Notes: generated by a model from the sequence alone, not told the origin. A stretch of DNA of 64,000 nt from Camelus ferus (GCF_009834535.1 NC_045696.1:31684001-31748000), one strand, 5' to 3'; positions 1 to 12,970 are shown, numbered from the stretch's first letter. Numbers and translations are program-made.

Positions 1-34
1 TTGCCTATGTTTTCTTCTAAGAGGCTTATAGTTC

Positions 35-134
35 NNNNNNNNNNNNNNNNNNNNNNNNNNNNNNNNNNNNNNNNNNNNNNNNNNNNNNNNNNNNNNNNNN
101 NNNNNNNNNNNNNNNNNNNNNNNNNNNNNNNNNN
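35..134. other. Assembly gap (100 N)
   Basis: Run of exactly 100 N, a conventional unknown-size gap. Confidence 0.99.
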
Positions 135-484
135 CACTAATTATTAGAGAAATGAAAATAAAAACTACAATGAGGTCTTACAGCAGTCAGAATGGCCATC
201 ATTAAAAACTCCACAAATGGTAAATGCTGGAGAGGGTGAGGAGAAACGGGAACCCTCCTAAACTGCTGGTGGGAATGAAATTTGGTGCGGCCACTATGGA
301 AAACAATACAGATATCCCTTAAAAAAAAACTTAAATAGAGTTACTGTGTAATCTAGCAATCTCACTCTTGGGCATAGATCTTCAAAAAAATCTCTAATTC
401 AAAAACATACATGCACCTCAGTGTTCATAGAAGCACTATTTACAGTAGCCAAGATGTGGAAGCAGACTAAATGTCTATCAACAG
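135..484 (+). mobile_element. LINE-1 ORF2 C-terminal fragment
   Basis: CACTAATTATTAGAGAAATG...AAATGCTGGAGAGGGTGAGGAGAAA...GTTCATAGAAGCACTATTTACAGTAGCCAAG is homologous to the L1 copies at 11860-12200 and 63310-63660. Confidence 0.9.
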
Positions 485-539
485 CACTTTCTTATCTTAT
501 AAGTGGAAGTTTGTACCTTTTAACCACCTTTGACAACTT

Positions 540-3280
540 ATAGCTGTTTTTTAATATTTTGTCTTTTAACTTTATACTAGAATTAAAAATGGTTTACCTA
601 CCACCACTACACTAATAAAGTATCCTGTATTTATCAACACATTTGCCTTTGCCAAGGAGTTTATGCTTCTTTGTGTTATCATCTTGCTATTAAACTTCCT
701 TTCTTTTAAATTAAAAACTCCCCTTGGCATTTTCTGTAAGGGAGGTAATGGTGATAGCCTCTCTTGGTTTTTGTTTGTCTTGGAAAGTCTACATCCTTCA
801 TTTGCTGGGTATAGCATTGTTGTTTGGCAGGTGGTTTTGTTTTGTTTTGTTTTGTTTCCAGCACTTTGAATATATCACCCCACTCCTTTCTGGTCTACAA
901 GGTGTCTGCTGGAAAATCCAATGATACTCTTTCAGGAGTTTCCTTTTTGTGACACTTTTTTCTTGCTGTTTTCAAAATTCTATCTGCCTTTTACTTTTAA
1001 TGATTTGATTATAATGTGTCTCAATCTTAATTTGTTTGATCTTATCTTACTTGGGATTCTTTGAACTCCCCTGGATCTGGTTGTCCGTTCCTTTTCCAGA
1101 TTTGGGAGATTTTCAGCTTATTATTTCTTTGTAAGTATTTTGGTTCTTTCTGGGACTCTCTTCTCCTTTGGGGACTTTCATGAAGCATATATTCATCTAC
1201 TTGATGATGTCCAATAATTCTCTTAGGTTTTCATGACTCTTAAATTCTTTTACTTTTCCTCCTCTCACTGGATAACTTCAAATTATTTGTCTTCAAGTTT
1301 TCTGTTTCTTTCTTCTGCTTGCTCTAGTCTAACACTGATCCCCTCTATTAAATTTTTCAATTCAATTATCCTATTTTTCAGATCCAAGATTTTCATTTGG
1401 TTTTATTTTCGATTTTCTATCTTTGTTGAAATTCCCTTTTTTGTTTATGCATTACTCTTCTGAGCTCACTGAACATTTTTACGATAGCTATTTTGAGTTC
1501 TATATAAGATAAATCATAGATCTCTATTTCATTATGGATAGCTTTTAAAGTTTCTTCATGTTCATTTGTTTGGATCATCTTTCCGTTTCTTTATTTTCCT
1601 TGAATCTGTGTTGATATTTACACATTGGAAAAAAACACCACCTCTCCATCTTCCCAGACGGGCCTCATGGAGGAGAAGATCTTTTACCAATCAAACTGGT
1701 CTGAGCATTTGTGGACCTCTCAAACCTTCATACCAGCCAAAACTTACGTCTTTGGTCTTAATGGTTCCCAGGCATCCAGAGTGTGCCAAGTCCCACTGAC
1801 ACTTTGAGACAGGCAGGATACAAGCCAATCCACTGGGTAGCTCCCAGAAAGTTAGAACACTGGGTATATGGTCCAACTCTTTCCCTACCCAGGGAGAAGC
1901 TGGGATCTGTGACTTATTACTCGTTAAAAACTAAAAACAGACTTACCATGTGATCCAAGAATACCACTCCTGAGCATGTATCTGGAGAAAAATGAAATTC
2001 AAAAAGACACAGGCACCCCAATGTTCATAGCAGCACTATTTACAATAGCCAAGACATGGAAACAACCTAAATGTCCATCGACAGATGACTTGATAAAGAA
2101 GCTGTGGTGTATTTACACAATGGAATACTACTCAGCCATAAAAAATAATAAAATAATACCATTTGCAGCAACATGGATGGACCAGGAGAATGTCATTACA
2201 AGTGAAGTAAGACAGAAAGAGAAAGAAAAATACCATATAATATCACTTCTATGTGGAATCTTCAAAAAAAAAAAAAAAAGACAAACTTATTTACAAAACA
2301 GAAACAGACCCACAGACATAGAAAACAAACCTATGGTTACCAGAGGGGAACGGGGTGGGAAGGGATAAATTGGGAGTTTGAGATTTGCAGATGCTAACTA
2401 ATATATAAAAATTAGATAAACAACAGATTTATACTACATAGCACAGGGATCAATATTCAATATCTTGTAGTAACTTATGGTGAAAGAGAATATGAAAGCA
2501 AATATATGTATGTTCCTATATGACTGAAGCATTGTGCCATACACCAGAAATGGACACAACATTGTAAACTGACTATACTTCAATAAAATACATATATACA
2601 CTCAGAGAATAAGCCTGGAGTTGCTGTGATTAGTGCTTCCCCACTAATTCATACTGCTACTTTGCTCTTTGTAGGCCCTGGGGCACTAGTATATTCTGAG
2701 CTCCATCAACTCTCCAAGACAAGTGAGATAGAAGTCAGTTATACAGGTAGCATTCAGAGAACTGGTAATGCTAGATGTGCAGTCCAATTTCTTTGCTCTT
2801 CATGAAAAATCTGAGAATGGAGATTTTTTGACCCCTTGCTCTGCACTGTACCAGGGAGAGAAGCTGTGGTGATTGCCCACCAATAAGTTCTAATTAGTTC
2901 TCTGTAGTTCCCAGGGAGCTAGAATATACCAGGCCTGTCAGTGCTCTGAGACAGGGAAAATAGAAATTAGTCCCTTGGTGAGTACCCAGAGAAGCTGGGA
3001 TTCCTTCTACTTAACTCCTTAGGGAGAAGCTGGTAATTGAGTGTTCTGTCCCTGAGGCTGTACCAAAGGTGGAAATTTTGGTGAGAAGGTGTTTCATCTT
3101 TCCTATCTATTTTTCTGTTGCAGGTTTTGCATTCACTAGAGGTGCAGGAACCTCTTAGGTAGTTGCTAGGTTTCTCACAAAAGGAATAGGCCTATACATT
3201 GCTATTGAATCACTGTGTCTGTGGAGGGGGAAAGGAGAGTCCATTGTTTCCTACTGTGTCATTCTAGTGACATCTACAAC
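540..3280 (-). mobile_element. Old LINE-1 (L1M-type) ORF1 and 5' UTR, interrupted by a younger L1 at 1924-2590
   Basis: Antisense ORF1 motifs (TTTGCTGGGTATAGCATT, CACTTTGAATATATCACCCCACTCC, GTCTGCTGGAAAATCC) followed by 5'UTR-like repeated units on both sides of the insertion. Confidence 0.7.
1924..2590 (+). mobile_element. Young LINE-1 3' fragment (ORF2 end + 3' UTR)
   Basis: ORF 1976-2368 encodes PMFIAALFTIAKTWKQPKCPS...MEYYSAIK (L1 ORF2 C-terminus). Ends ...GACTATACTTCAATAAAA. Confidence 0.95.
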
Positions 3281-4434
3281 TATGTAACTGTTAGGTCATA
3301 AAATTTTCTGTGGAATTTTTCCTCATAATTTTCAGTAATCCATAATTAACTAACAAAATAAATGAGACAATAATTGAAAGCATGGTTTTCTGGCTTTTTC
3401 TAAAGCATGTTAGAATTCAAAACATATAAATAACAGTTTTCTGTTGGCTATGCATGTAATCCAGCATACTTTTGTGAGGAAATTCTAAAGCATATCAAAT
3501 ATGCTTTGAGTTTGAATTATGTGAGCATTAATCTGCTCTTGAATATCTTTCTTTAAATTCTTGAGGTGCCAAGGAGCATTTCAAACTGCTGATTTTTCTT
3601 CAAAAAAAGTTAATATATATTGGTGAAAGGATCTCTAATGCATCACTGAGAATACTATTCTTTTTAACACATGCTTTTGTTAGATGCATTGTTCTTGCAT
3701 GCTAATAAGATGACTCTCAAGGGCCACATCTATTCCCTTGAATACTGAAATGGTTTTACTACTCTTATGACACATGCAAATCACATTAAATTACAGAGAA
3801 CATGCAACCCACTGTCAAACATCATAGACTAATGATCACAACTGCTGAAGTGAATCTACCCAAAAATATGAATAATGTAGAAGAATATTTGAAATAAACT
3901 TTTGATTTTATAAAGCTTGGATTGATTAGGATAAAAGAATACATTAATCACTGTTAGTCTATAGGAATAAAAAAGGAACTGAAATATATGAACCAATGAA
4001 TCTGTGTTAAACAATAAATGGCACTCATCACTTTCTTTTATTGTCTCGCACAACCAGCAGATGTAGATGGTCAATAGAAAATGAAGTCTCACTAAAATCA
4101 TACCCAAATTGAAATATGAAAAAAAGGAATTCATATAAAATACAATAAATTCAGAGTGTGCAGTTTATTATATTAAGATTTTCTCCCTATTTAAAACCTT
4201 ACTCTGTAGTAGTATTTTTGTAACATTAGTGTTTATTCTGTTTAATTTATCACAATAAGTGAAAATTGATTTGGGAATCTTGGTTCTATTTGTAAAATGT
4301 TTGCCGCTACCTTCCTATGTTATTCTTTCCTTTTTAAAAATTATTTGCATTATGGAATAGCTTTTTTCTCATTAATTAATCTCACTCTTTGTAGTGATTT
4401 TCTTTTTTATATATTGTGCCACTACACAGTATAG

Positions 4435-4660
4435 TTAATATATATGTAATATATGTGAGTATATGTTATATATAATATATATCCTTTTATATCCTTATAT
4501 ATAATACTTATATATCATATATTCCATAGAAGATAATATATTTATAACTTTGTCATATACTATATTATTTCTATAGAATATAATATATGCAAAAGGAATA
4601 TGTAAAGAATAGAAATGGATTATATTTTATAATATATATAAAAGGATTATATACACACAA
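4435..4660. repeat. AT-rich low-complexity/degenerate (TA)n tract
   Basis: Imperfect TATA repeats seen directly. Confidence 0.8.
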
Positions 4661-5480
4661 AGGATAGAAATGTATTCTTTGTGACAATACATTTTTTCTT
4701 TGAACTTTCTGTCAAAATCTGGAAAATTATTATTTTGGTTCAAAATATTACTATTTCTTTAATAAGTAAGAAAAACAATGGAGAAAAAATTTGGTACAAA
4801 ATTGTGACAGAGCCATGACCTTAATTGTGAAAATTAACAAATAATTTGTAAAACTAAATTTGAAATAAACATAAAAGTGCAAATGAACAGAATTATAAAT
4901 AAATGCAACAGAGGGTTCTTAAAGAACTCCAAACTATAGTCAATGTAAATTTGATCCAAAGGTTTAAAATACTCTATGTGAAGTTAAAACTAAAGAATAG
5001 TTCATATTAGACACAAGGAGTGTTTAAACTTTATAAGGGTATGCAACTTATATGTCTATTAAAGTTATTTAAATATCATAATGAAAATTATTTCTTGTAA
5101 AATAAAATACCAAATGCAATTTTAAAAATGAAAAAGAAAACTAAATACAAGATTAATTAAGTGGCATGCTGAAAAAATCTGGGATTAAGTGCTCTTTTAA
5201 CACATAAGGAAAAAATAAGTTAAGTCAATTTTAAGTTATATACATTTTCAAAGTCATAGGAAAAAGGAAAGTCATTGTATGATATTTTATCAAACTAATG
5301 AAACTTGATCCAGACACCAAACACAAATGACATTGTTATCTTATACTGTCAGCACTAAGCATAAATATTTTATTTCCATTGAAGCACATAGGGGTATCAT
5401 AATTATAATAAGACATTCAAACACTTATTTAACGCATAATATATAATTTACTTTATGTTAAGTAATAAATATGTTTTTTT

Positions 5481-5570
5481 CTCATTTGATGTTACCAATT
5501 TATGAAGTAGATGCTATTGTAATCCCCAGTTACATAAGATTAAAATGAGATTTACAGACATTAACTCTTC
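5481..5570. mobile_element. MIR SINE relic, first half (split by L1)
   Basis: CTCATTTGATGTTACCAATTTATGAAGTAGATGCTATTGTAATCCCCAGTTACA resembles the MIR core. Confidence 0.55.
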
Positions 5571-8155
5571 CAGTGATTTCCAATTCCACATGTAGGAAGC
5601 TCATAAGTTGCTGCTACATCATAATAAACAAAAAGTAGAACAGACTGAGAAATTTTCAACTCTTCTAAGACTTGTAAGAGAGGTGAGGACACAGGGCAAA
5701 ACGATACCCCCAAGATAGGAGAAACCAACAGGTGAATACAGGGAATAACAATTTATTTGATCACAGACTCATGAACCGAAACCATAGCAGGAACAAAAGC
5801 TAGGTAGATAAACATAAACTGTAATTAATGAATGTCTGCAGGCTCAGTGCGGACAACTCTTAGAAACTCTAGGGGTGACCACATCATGGGGAGGCCCCCA
5901 CCATTTTATGAGATTGATCTGCAGGTGTTTAACCAGGTCCAGCAGTAAGCATCTGGAAAAAATGAAGCTTTTCAGAGGGGGAGAGGAAAACAGACCATTT
6001 TGAAATATGCCAGAGTTCTATATGCTTAACAAAACCTGATTTCACATGAATATGTTAACCAAAGATTCACCTGCTGGGGTATTTTCAGAGCCTAATTGGC
6101 TTGGTAGGTAGGAAATACCTAATTCCAGCCCACTCTAGCCATCCTCTCCCACCTAAAGGTGGAATGAAAAAAAAAAAAAAATAGAAACACATGTGAAGTT
6201 CACAGTCCGGAGGCATAGGCTCCCTTAGAGATTAAGACCTAATCATAGAACTATAGAACACCTTCTTCCCCTTACACCATCATCATCACTTAGTAAAAAC
6301 CTGTTTACAGCAATTCCTTCTATTAGACATGAAGGGATATTAGAAATGTCAGACCAGGAACTTAAAATATCTATGATTAGTATTCTAAGGGTTCCAATGG
6401 CTAAAGTAAACAGCATGCAAAACAGGTGAACTATGTAAGGAGAGATGTGGAAACCCTAAGAAAAACAAACAAAAATTGCTAGAGATTAAAAAAAAACACT
6501 GTAACAAAAATGAAGAATACTTCTGGTGGGTTTACTTATAGGCTGGACCCAACTGAGGAAAACACTATCACTACTCTACTTCAAGACCTACTATAAAGCT
6601 ATAGTACTCAAGACAGTGTGGTAACGGTGAAAGAAGAGACAAATAGATCAATGAGAAAGAGCAGAGAGCCCAGAAATAGATCCACATAAATATATTTAAC
6701 TGATCACTGAGAAAGAAGCAAAGGCAACATAATGAATCAAAGAAAGTTTTTTCAACAAATAATTCTAGACCACCTGGATATCTATAGGCAGAAAGAAAGA
6801 AAGGAAGAAAGAAAACTGGGCACAGACCTTACATCCTTCACAAAACTAACCCAAAATGGATAATATACCGACATATACAGCGCAAAATAATAAAACGTTT
6901 AGAAGATAATAGGAGGAACCTAGTTGGCCTTGGGATATGGTAATGACTTTTTAGAAATACTACTAAAGGTATGACCTATGAAGGAAATAATTGATAAGCT
7001 AGATGTTGAAATTAAGATCTCAATACAAGAGACAATATCAAGAGATGAAAAGGCAAGTTGCTGAATGGAAGAGAATATTTGCAAAGAAACATCTAATAAA
7101 AATGTGTTATCCAAAATATACAAAGAAATCTTAAAACTCAACAATAAGGAAACAAACTAAAAAATAGGACAAAGACTTTAGACACCTCACCAAAGAATAT
7201 TTATAGATGGTAAATAAGCATATGAAAAGATGCTTCACAGTACATGTCATTAGGGAAATGCAGATTAAAACAAAAATGAGGTACCACTATATATCTACTA
7301 GAATAAGCATAATCTGGAATACTGACACTAAATGCAAGGGGCAAAAGGGACTGTTACACATTGCTAATGAGAATGCAACATGATACAGCTACTTTGGAAG
7401 TCAATTCTGCAATTTCTTACAAAGCTAAACATACACTCACTATATAATCCAATAATCATGTTCCTTGGTGTTTACCCAAAGGAGCTGAAAACTTACATAC
7501 ACACAAAACCCTACAGACTGATTTTTATAGCTGCTTTATTCATAATTGCCAAAACTTGTAAGCAATCAAGATGCCCTTCAGTGAATGGATAAATAAACTG
7601 TACTACATTCAGGTAATGGTATATTATTCATTGTTAAAAAGAAATATGCTATCAAGCTACAGAAAGATATGGAAGAAACAAAGGTATATTATCCAGTGAA
7701 AGAAGCCAATCTGAAAAGGCTACATATTTTGTGATGCCAACTACATGGTATTCTGAAAAAGGCAAAACTACAGAAACAGTAGAAAGATCAGTGGTTGCTA
7801 AGAGTTGGGGTTAGGGGATTGATGAATAAGCAAAGCACAGAGAATTTTTAGGGCAGTGAAAATATTCTTCATGATGCCTTAATGATGAAGATATGTCAGT
7901 GCATATTTTCCCAAATCCATATTATGTACACTCCAAAAGTGAATCATAATGTAAACTGTGGAATTTGAGTGATTATGATGTGTCAATGTAGGTTCATCAA
8001 TAATAACAAATGCACTATTCTGGTGAGTGATGTTGATAGTGGGGGAAGCTATGCACATGTGGGGGCTGGAGGTATAAATCTCTTTTCTACTTTCCTCTTA
8101 GTTGTGCGGTAACCTAAAACTGCTCTTAAAATATAAATTCATTTAATGAAAATAG
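5571..8155 (+). mobile_element. Old LINE-1 (L1MC/MD-like), internally deleted: 5' UTR + ORF1 start joined to ORF2 3' third + 3' UTR
   Basis: ORF1-like sequence up to about 6560, then CTTCAAGACCTACTATAAAGCTATAG (late ORF2). ORF 7380-7592 has FIAALFIIAKTCKQSRCPS. 3' UTR ends AACCTAAAACTGCTCTTAAAATATAAA. Confidence 0.85.
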
Positions 8156-8258
8156 ATACTCCCTCAACATTGCACTGTTGGTAACTAAAGCAAAGAAGAT
8201 ACAGAAATATTTTATCTTATTCTAGAATCAATATTCTCAGTCATTATTTTACACTGTT
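8156..8258. mobile_element. MIR SINE relic, second half
   Basis: CCTCAACATTGCACTGTTGGTAACTAAAGC...ATTCTAGAATCAATATTCTCAGTCATTATTTTACACTG continues the MIR consensus after the L1. Confidence 0.45.
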
Positions 8259-8394
8259 GCATACAAAGGTGTTTCTTCTCCAGAAATGTCATACTCTTAG
8301 AGGATGCATCAAAATAGGTAATCTCCAATGGGGATAAGAATACCATAAACTTCTGTTATTGTGGAAGATTACAAAATAATCTTGCTGATATTAT

Positions 8395-8930
8395 TGCTGA
8401 TAGATTCAAAGTAAAATGATAAAAATCACAAAAGCCACCAATGAATCACTCTTCACTGTGTTCATTCTCTTTTCAATGTAACATCACTGCTTTCCTCATC
8501 ATTTTTTCTTATTTGCCAACATTTTTGAATTGATGCTGGACTTTTGACTTGCTTTTCCCAATAAAACATGGTAAAAATTGTATATAAATTTGGAATCCTA
8601 GACCTTAAGAGGCCTCGTATCTTCTGCTTTCACCATCCCATAATCGCGAGATCACTTCTGTGCAGAAGATCATTTTGTCTACCATAGAATTAGAGACCAT
8701 AGGGAAGGAAATTTAGAGCATTCTGCACCACCTGCCTAATATGAGTGAAGCCATATCGGACCTCGCAGTCTCAGCTGAGTTGCCAGATGACTGCTTCCAC
8801 GTGCAACCCCAGTGGAGACCAAAAGAGGAGCTACCTAGATTGCCAACTCATAGGATCATGACAAAGAATAAATCATTATGTTCAAACCATCAAGTGGTGG
8901 AGTTGGTTAAACAGTAATAAATTACCAATG
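8395..8930 (+). mobile_element. MaLR solo LTR (MLT1G/H-like)
   Basis: TTGACTTGCTTTTCCCAATAAAACATGG, CTAGACCTTAAGAGGCCT, and terminus AATAAATCATTATGTTCAAACCATCAAGT...AACAGTAATAAATTACCAA. Confidence 0.7.
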
Positions 8931-9094
8931 TAAAAAGATAACTTCCTTTCCTTAATAATTGTTTCAAATCATCATACAATATAGTATTTAACAGTAAAGT
9001 ATCAGCAAATTTTCAAATAAGGTGAAGAACATAAATAGTTGGTAATATACTGAACAGATAAAGTTTGAGGGCTAAACTCCTATGGAAGAGACCG

Positions 9095-9505
9095 GTTGTG
9101 TAATCAGCAAATACATTTCCTCTTCTGAGTATACAGCTAAATTGCATCTCCAAGTCAAAAGGCATCCATGTGGGTCCATGTAATTAGTTCTTATCAGTGA
9201 AATATAAGCATTAGTGACATGTCACTTCCATGCCTTGGCAAGTTTATCTCTTCCTCACTTTCTCTCTTATTCCCCAGCTTCCAGATGAAATATCTTGAGA
9301 TGTTTAGCCATTTGTGGAATGTGCCAGATTCAAAATCTGGAAGAATTTCAAGTTTCTGAGTCCCTGCTGAAAGACCAGCCCTCTTGACTACCACTACCAC
9401 ATTGGTTAACAATATTAGGAAGAAATTAACTGTTATTTTATTAATCCACTGAAATATGTGTTTTGTTTTTTTTTTACTGACATACTGCATAGCGTACTTA
9501 CTATG
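9095..9505 (+). mobile_element. MaLR solo LTR (MLT1J-like)
   Basis: CCATGTAATTAGTTCTTATCAGTGAAATATAAGCATTAGTGACATGTCACTTCC and terminus TTAATCCACTGAAATATGTGTTTTGTTT. Confidence 0.65.
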
Positions 9506-9509
9506 GTCC

Positions 9510-10005
9510 CATTTGTGAACCAGCTCTTTCATATTCCATGTGGCTTATGTGGGAATGACTATTTTCCTTGTCTTCTGTAGTGAATATGTGACCTAGATCT
9601 GATCAGTGATCAGATCCCAGACAAAGTAAGTAAGAATGACACTTAACCAAAGTGGAGCCAATCAGCCCATTCTCTAGGGGCATTTATGCCAGAGTTATCA
9701 GAACAGATTTTCCCTAGATTTGGGATTAGAAGCTGAATGGATGTCTAAATTCAAGTGTTTAACATCTATCCTTCTGGGCCCAAAGAAACAGTTTATTTAT
9801 TGTAGGAAAGAATGAGGGCAACATGCAAATAAAAGCAGAATTGAGAGATGTGAAAAGAAAGAAACAACCTTCAGAACACTTTGAGTTTATAGTTTTAGTT
9901 ATGCCTGAAGTCATTCTTCCTCTGAATTTTAGCTGAGTTGCTTAATTTTATTTATCTTTTTTCAGATGTAAGTTAATTTGAATCAGATTTACTTCAGTTG
10001 AAAAC
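9510..10005 (+). mobile_element. MaLR solo LTR (MLT1K/L-like)
   Basis: ATGTGACCTAGATCTGATCAGT, GGAGCCAATCAG, GCAGAATTGAGAGATG, TATGCCTGAAG, AAGTTAATTTGAATCAGATTTAC. Confidence 0.6.
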
Positions 10006-10136
10006 ATTCATGCTTATTATCCCTATTTTTAGATATTTTGTTAAATTTTTAGCCAATATAATAGAAAATAGTACATTTTGGAAGATAGAGAAAAATTATA
10101 TATAAATCTTGACCTAGAAAACTTGATTGCATCATT

Positions 10137-10139
<3 letters not shown>

Positions 10140-10174
<35 letters not shown>
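10140..10174. repeat. (TA)n microsatellite
   Basis: About 17 perfect TA units. Confidence 0.97.
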
Positions 10175-10177
<3 letters not shown>

Positions 10178-10584
10178 AAAACATGTTGAATATTTTAAAC
10201 TAATGCATTGCTATATGTCAATTTTATCTCAATAAAAATGGAAAAAAAATTTGATTGAATAAAGCAACAAATTAATCAACCTAATGAAAGCTTGCAAAGT
10301 TTGGCATTATAGCATAAGGTAAATATTTGAATAACATATTCTAAAAGAAATCAACTTAAAGTCAACAAAATTTGATTATGTTTGTATTCTATTTCACCTC
10401 AACTAGTGTCTCTAAGTTAACTATGGTCATTCCATTAAAAATTTACCAGTGTTTGCTAGAGGAGGAGTCTTGTAATTGTTTAGAAATGGGCAAGTGCATT
10501 AATTCTAGAAAATAAGAACAAAGAACTTGGCCAGTTTTGGTCACAGAATGACCATTTAAAATTCCTTCGTTACTAAGAGTGAAA

Positions 10585-11185
10585 AATTGTCTGAAGTCTG
10601 TGGGGGTGGTTACTCCTCCAGCTTCATTCTTCTTCTTCAGTATTGTTTTGGCAATTCTGGGTCTTTGTGATTTCATATAAATTTTAGGATTATTTGTTCT
10701 AGTTCTATGAAAAATGTCCTGGGTATTTTGACAGGGATTGCATTAAATCTGTAGATTGCTGTGGGTATTATGGCCATTTTAACAATATTAATTCTTCTAA
10801 TCCAAGAGCATGGGATATTTTTCCATTTCTTAAAGTCATCTTTAATTCCTTAATCAATGTTCTGTAGTTCTCCACATATAAGTCTTTTCCCTATTTGGTC
10901 AGATTTGTTTCTAAGTATTTTATTTTGGGGGATTGCAATTTTAAAAGGGATTATTTCTTTACTTTCTTTTTCTGATATTTCATTGTTAGTGAAAAGAAAT
11001 GTAACTGATTTCTGTATGTTAACCTTTTATCCTGCTACCTTGCTGAATTCTTTAATCAGCTCTAGTAGTTTTTGTGTGGCGCTTTATGAATTTCTATATA
11101 TAGTATCATGTCATCCATATATAATGACAATTTTACCTCTTCTCTTCCAATTTGGATCCCTTTTATTTCTTTTTCTTGCCTGATT
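10585..11185 (-). mobile_element. Inverted 5' segment of a twin-primed young LINE-1 (ORF2)
   Basis: Minus-strand ORF2 peptide KSQRPRIAKTILKKKNEAGG. Preceded by TSD copy AAGAGTGAAA (10575-10584). Confidence 0.92.
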
Positions 11186-12711
11186 ACCCTCCCAGATTTC
11201 AGAGAATACTATAGAGCTACAGTAATCCAAACAGTGTGTTGTTGGCATAAAAACAGACATATGGATCAATGGAACAGAATAGAGAGCCCAGAAGTAAACT
11301 CACACACTTATGATCAATTAATCTTCAACAAAGGAGGCAAAAATATACAACGGAGAAAAGACAGTCTCTTCAGCAAGTGTTGTTGGAAAAACTGGACAGC
11401 TGCATGTAAATCAATGAAGTTAGAATACTCCCTCATAGCATACACAAAAATAAACTCAAAATGGCTTAGAGACTTAAATGCAAGACATGATAAACCTCCT
11501 AGAAGAAAACATAGGCAAAACATTTTGTGACACAAATCTTAGCAATCTTCTCCTAGGACAGTCTATCCAGGCAATAGAAATAAAAGCAAAAATAAACAAA
11601 TGGGACCTAATTAAACTTATAAGCTTTTGCACAGCAAAGGAAACCATAAGCAAAACAAAATGATAACCTACAGAATGGGAGAAAATATTTGCAAATGCTG
11701 CAACTGACAAAGGTTTAATTTCCATAATATATAAACAGCTCATACAACTTAATAATAACAACCAAAAAAAAAAAAAAAAAATGGGCAGAAGACCTAAACA
11801 AGCAATTCTCCAATGAAGACATACAAATGGCCAATAGGTACATGAAAAATGCTCAATATCACTTATTATTAGAGAAATTCAAATCAAAATTATAATGAGT
11901 ATTACCTCACACCACTCAGAAGGGCCGTCATTCACAAGTACACTGCTGGAGACAGTGTGGAGAAAAGGGAACCTTCCTACACTGTTGGTGGGAATGTAGT
12001 TTGGTGCAGCCATTATGGAAAACAGTATGGAGATTCCTTAAAAAACTAAAAATAGACTTACCATGTGATCCAGGAATTGCACTCCTGGGTATATATAATG
12101 GAGGGAACTCAAATTCAAAAAGATACATGCACCCCCAATGTTCATAGCAGTGCTATATACAATAACCAAGACATGAAAACAACATAAATGTCCATCAACA
12201 GATGACTGGATAAAGAAGCTGTGGAATATTTATACAATGGAATACTACTCAGCCATAAAAAATAAAATAATGCCATTTGCAGCAACGTGGATGGATCTGG
12301 AGACTGTCATTCTAAGTAAAGTAAGCCAGAATGAGACAGAAAAATACTATATGGTATCCCTCATGTGTGGAAGAACTAGTGAACTTATCTGCAAAACAAA
12401 AACAGACTTACAGACACAGGGAAAAAAAAATTACTTATGGTTCCTGGGGTGGGGGAAAGAGATGGGAAGGAATAAATTGGGAGTTTGAGATTTGCAAATA
12501 CTAACTACTATATATAAAATAGACAGAAAACAATTTTCTTCTGTATAGCACAGGGAACTATATTCAATATCCTGTAGTAACCTATAATGAAAAAGAATAT
12601 AAAAATGAATATAGGTATGTATATGTATGACTGAAACATTATGCTGTATACCAGAAATTGACACACTGTAACTGGCTATACTTCAATTAAAAATTTTTTA
12701 ATTAAAAAAAA
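11186..12711 (+). mobile_element. 3' segment of the same LINE-1 (ORF2 end, 3' UTR, poly(A))
   Basis: [16 protein letters not shown]...[17 protein letters not shown], poly(A) at about 12704-12711, second TSD copy AAGAATGAAA (12712-12721). Confidence 0.95.
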
Positions 12712-12721
12712 AAGAATGAAA

Positions 12722-12970
12722 TAAATGCAGAGATAGTCTCTCATCTTCCTCTGGATATAGAAATGCATGGAAATGACTACTAGTATCAGCCTGAAGAAAA
12801 ACAGATTTTAAGAATGTTAGAGTTCATTCATGACATCATTGAGAAGCTGTTCTCTCCACATTTGGAGACTGTATTGTCTCACGTCTCTCTGGGGTTTTTT
12901 ATTTGTTTGCTTGATTCTTGTTTGTTCTGTCTTCTTTTACTCTGTTTTAGCTAGCTTGAGGCAGTTCCCA
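12722..12970 (+). mobile_element. Old MaLR-like LTR remnant (probably the host of the L1 above)
   Basis: ATGACATCATTGAGAAGCTG and GTTTTAGCTAGCTTGAG resemble old MLT1 3' halves. Very diverged. Confidence 0.35.
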
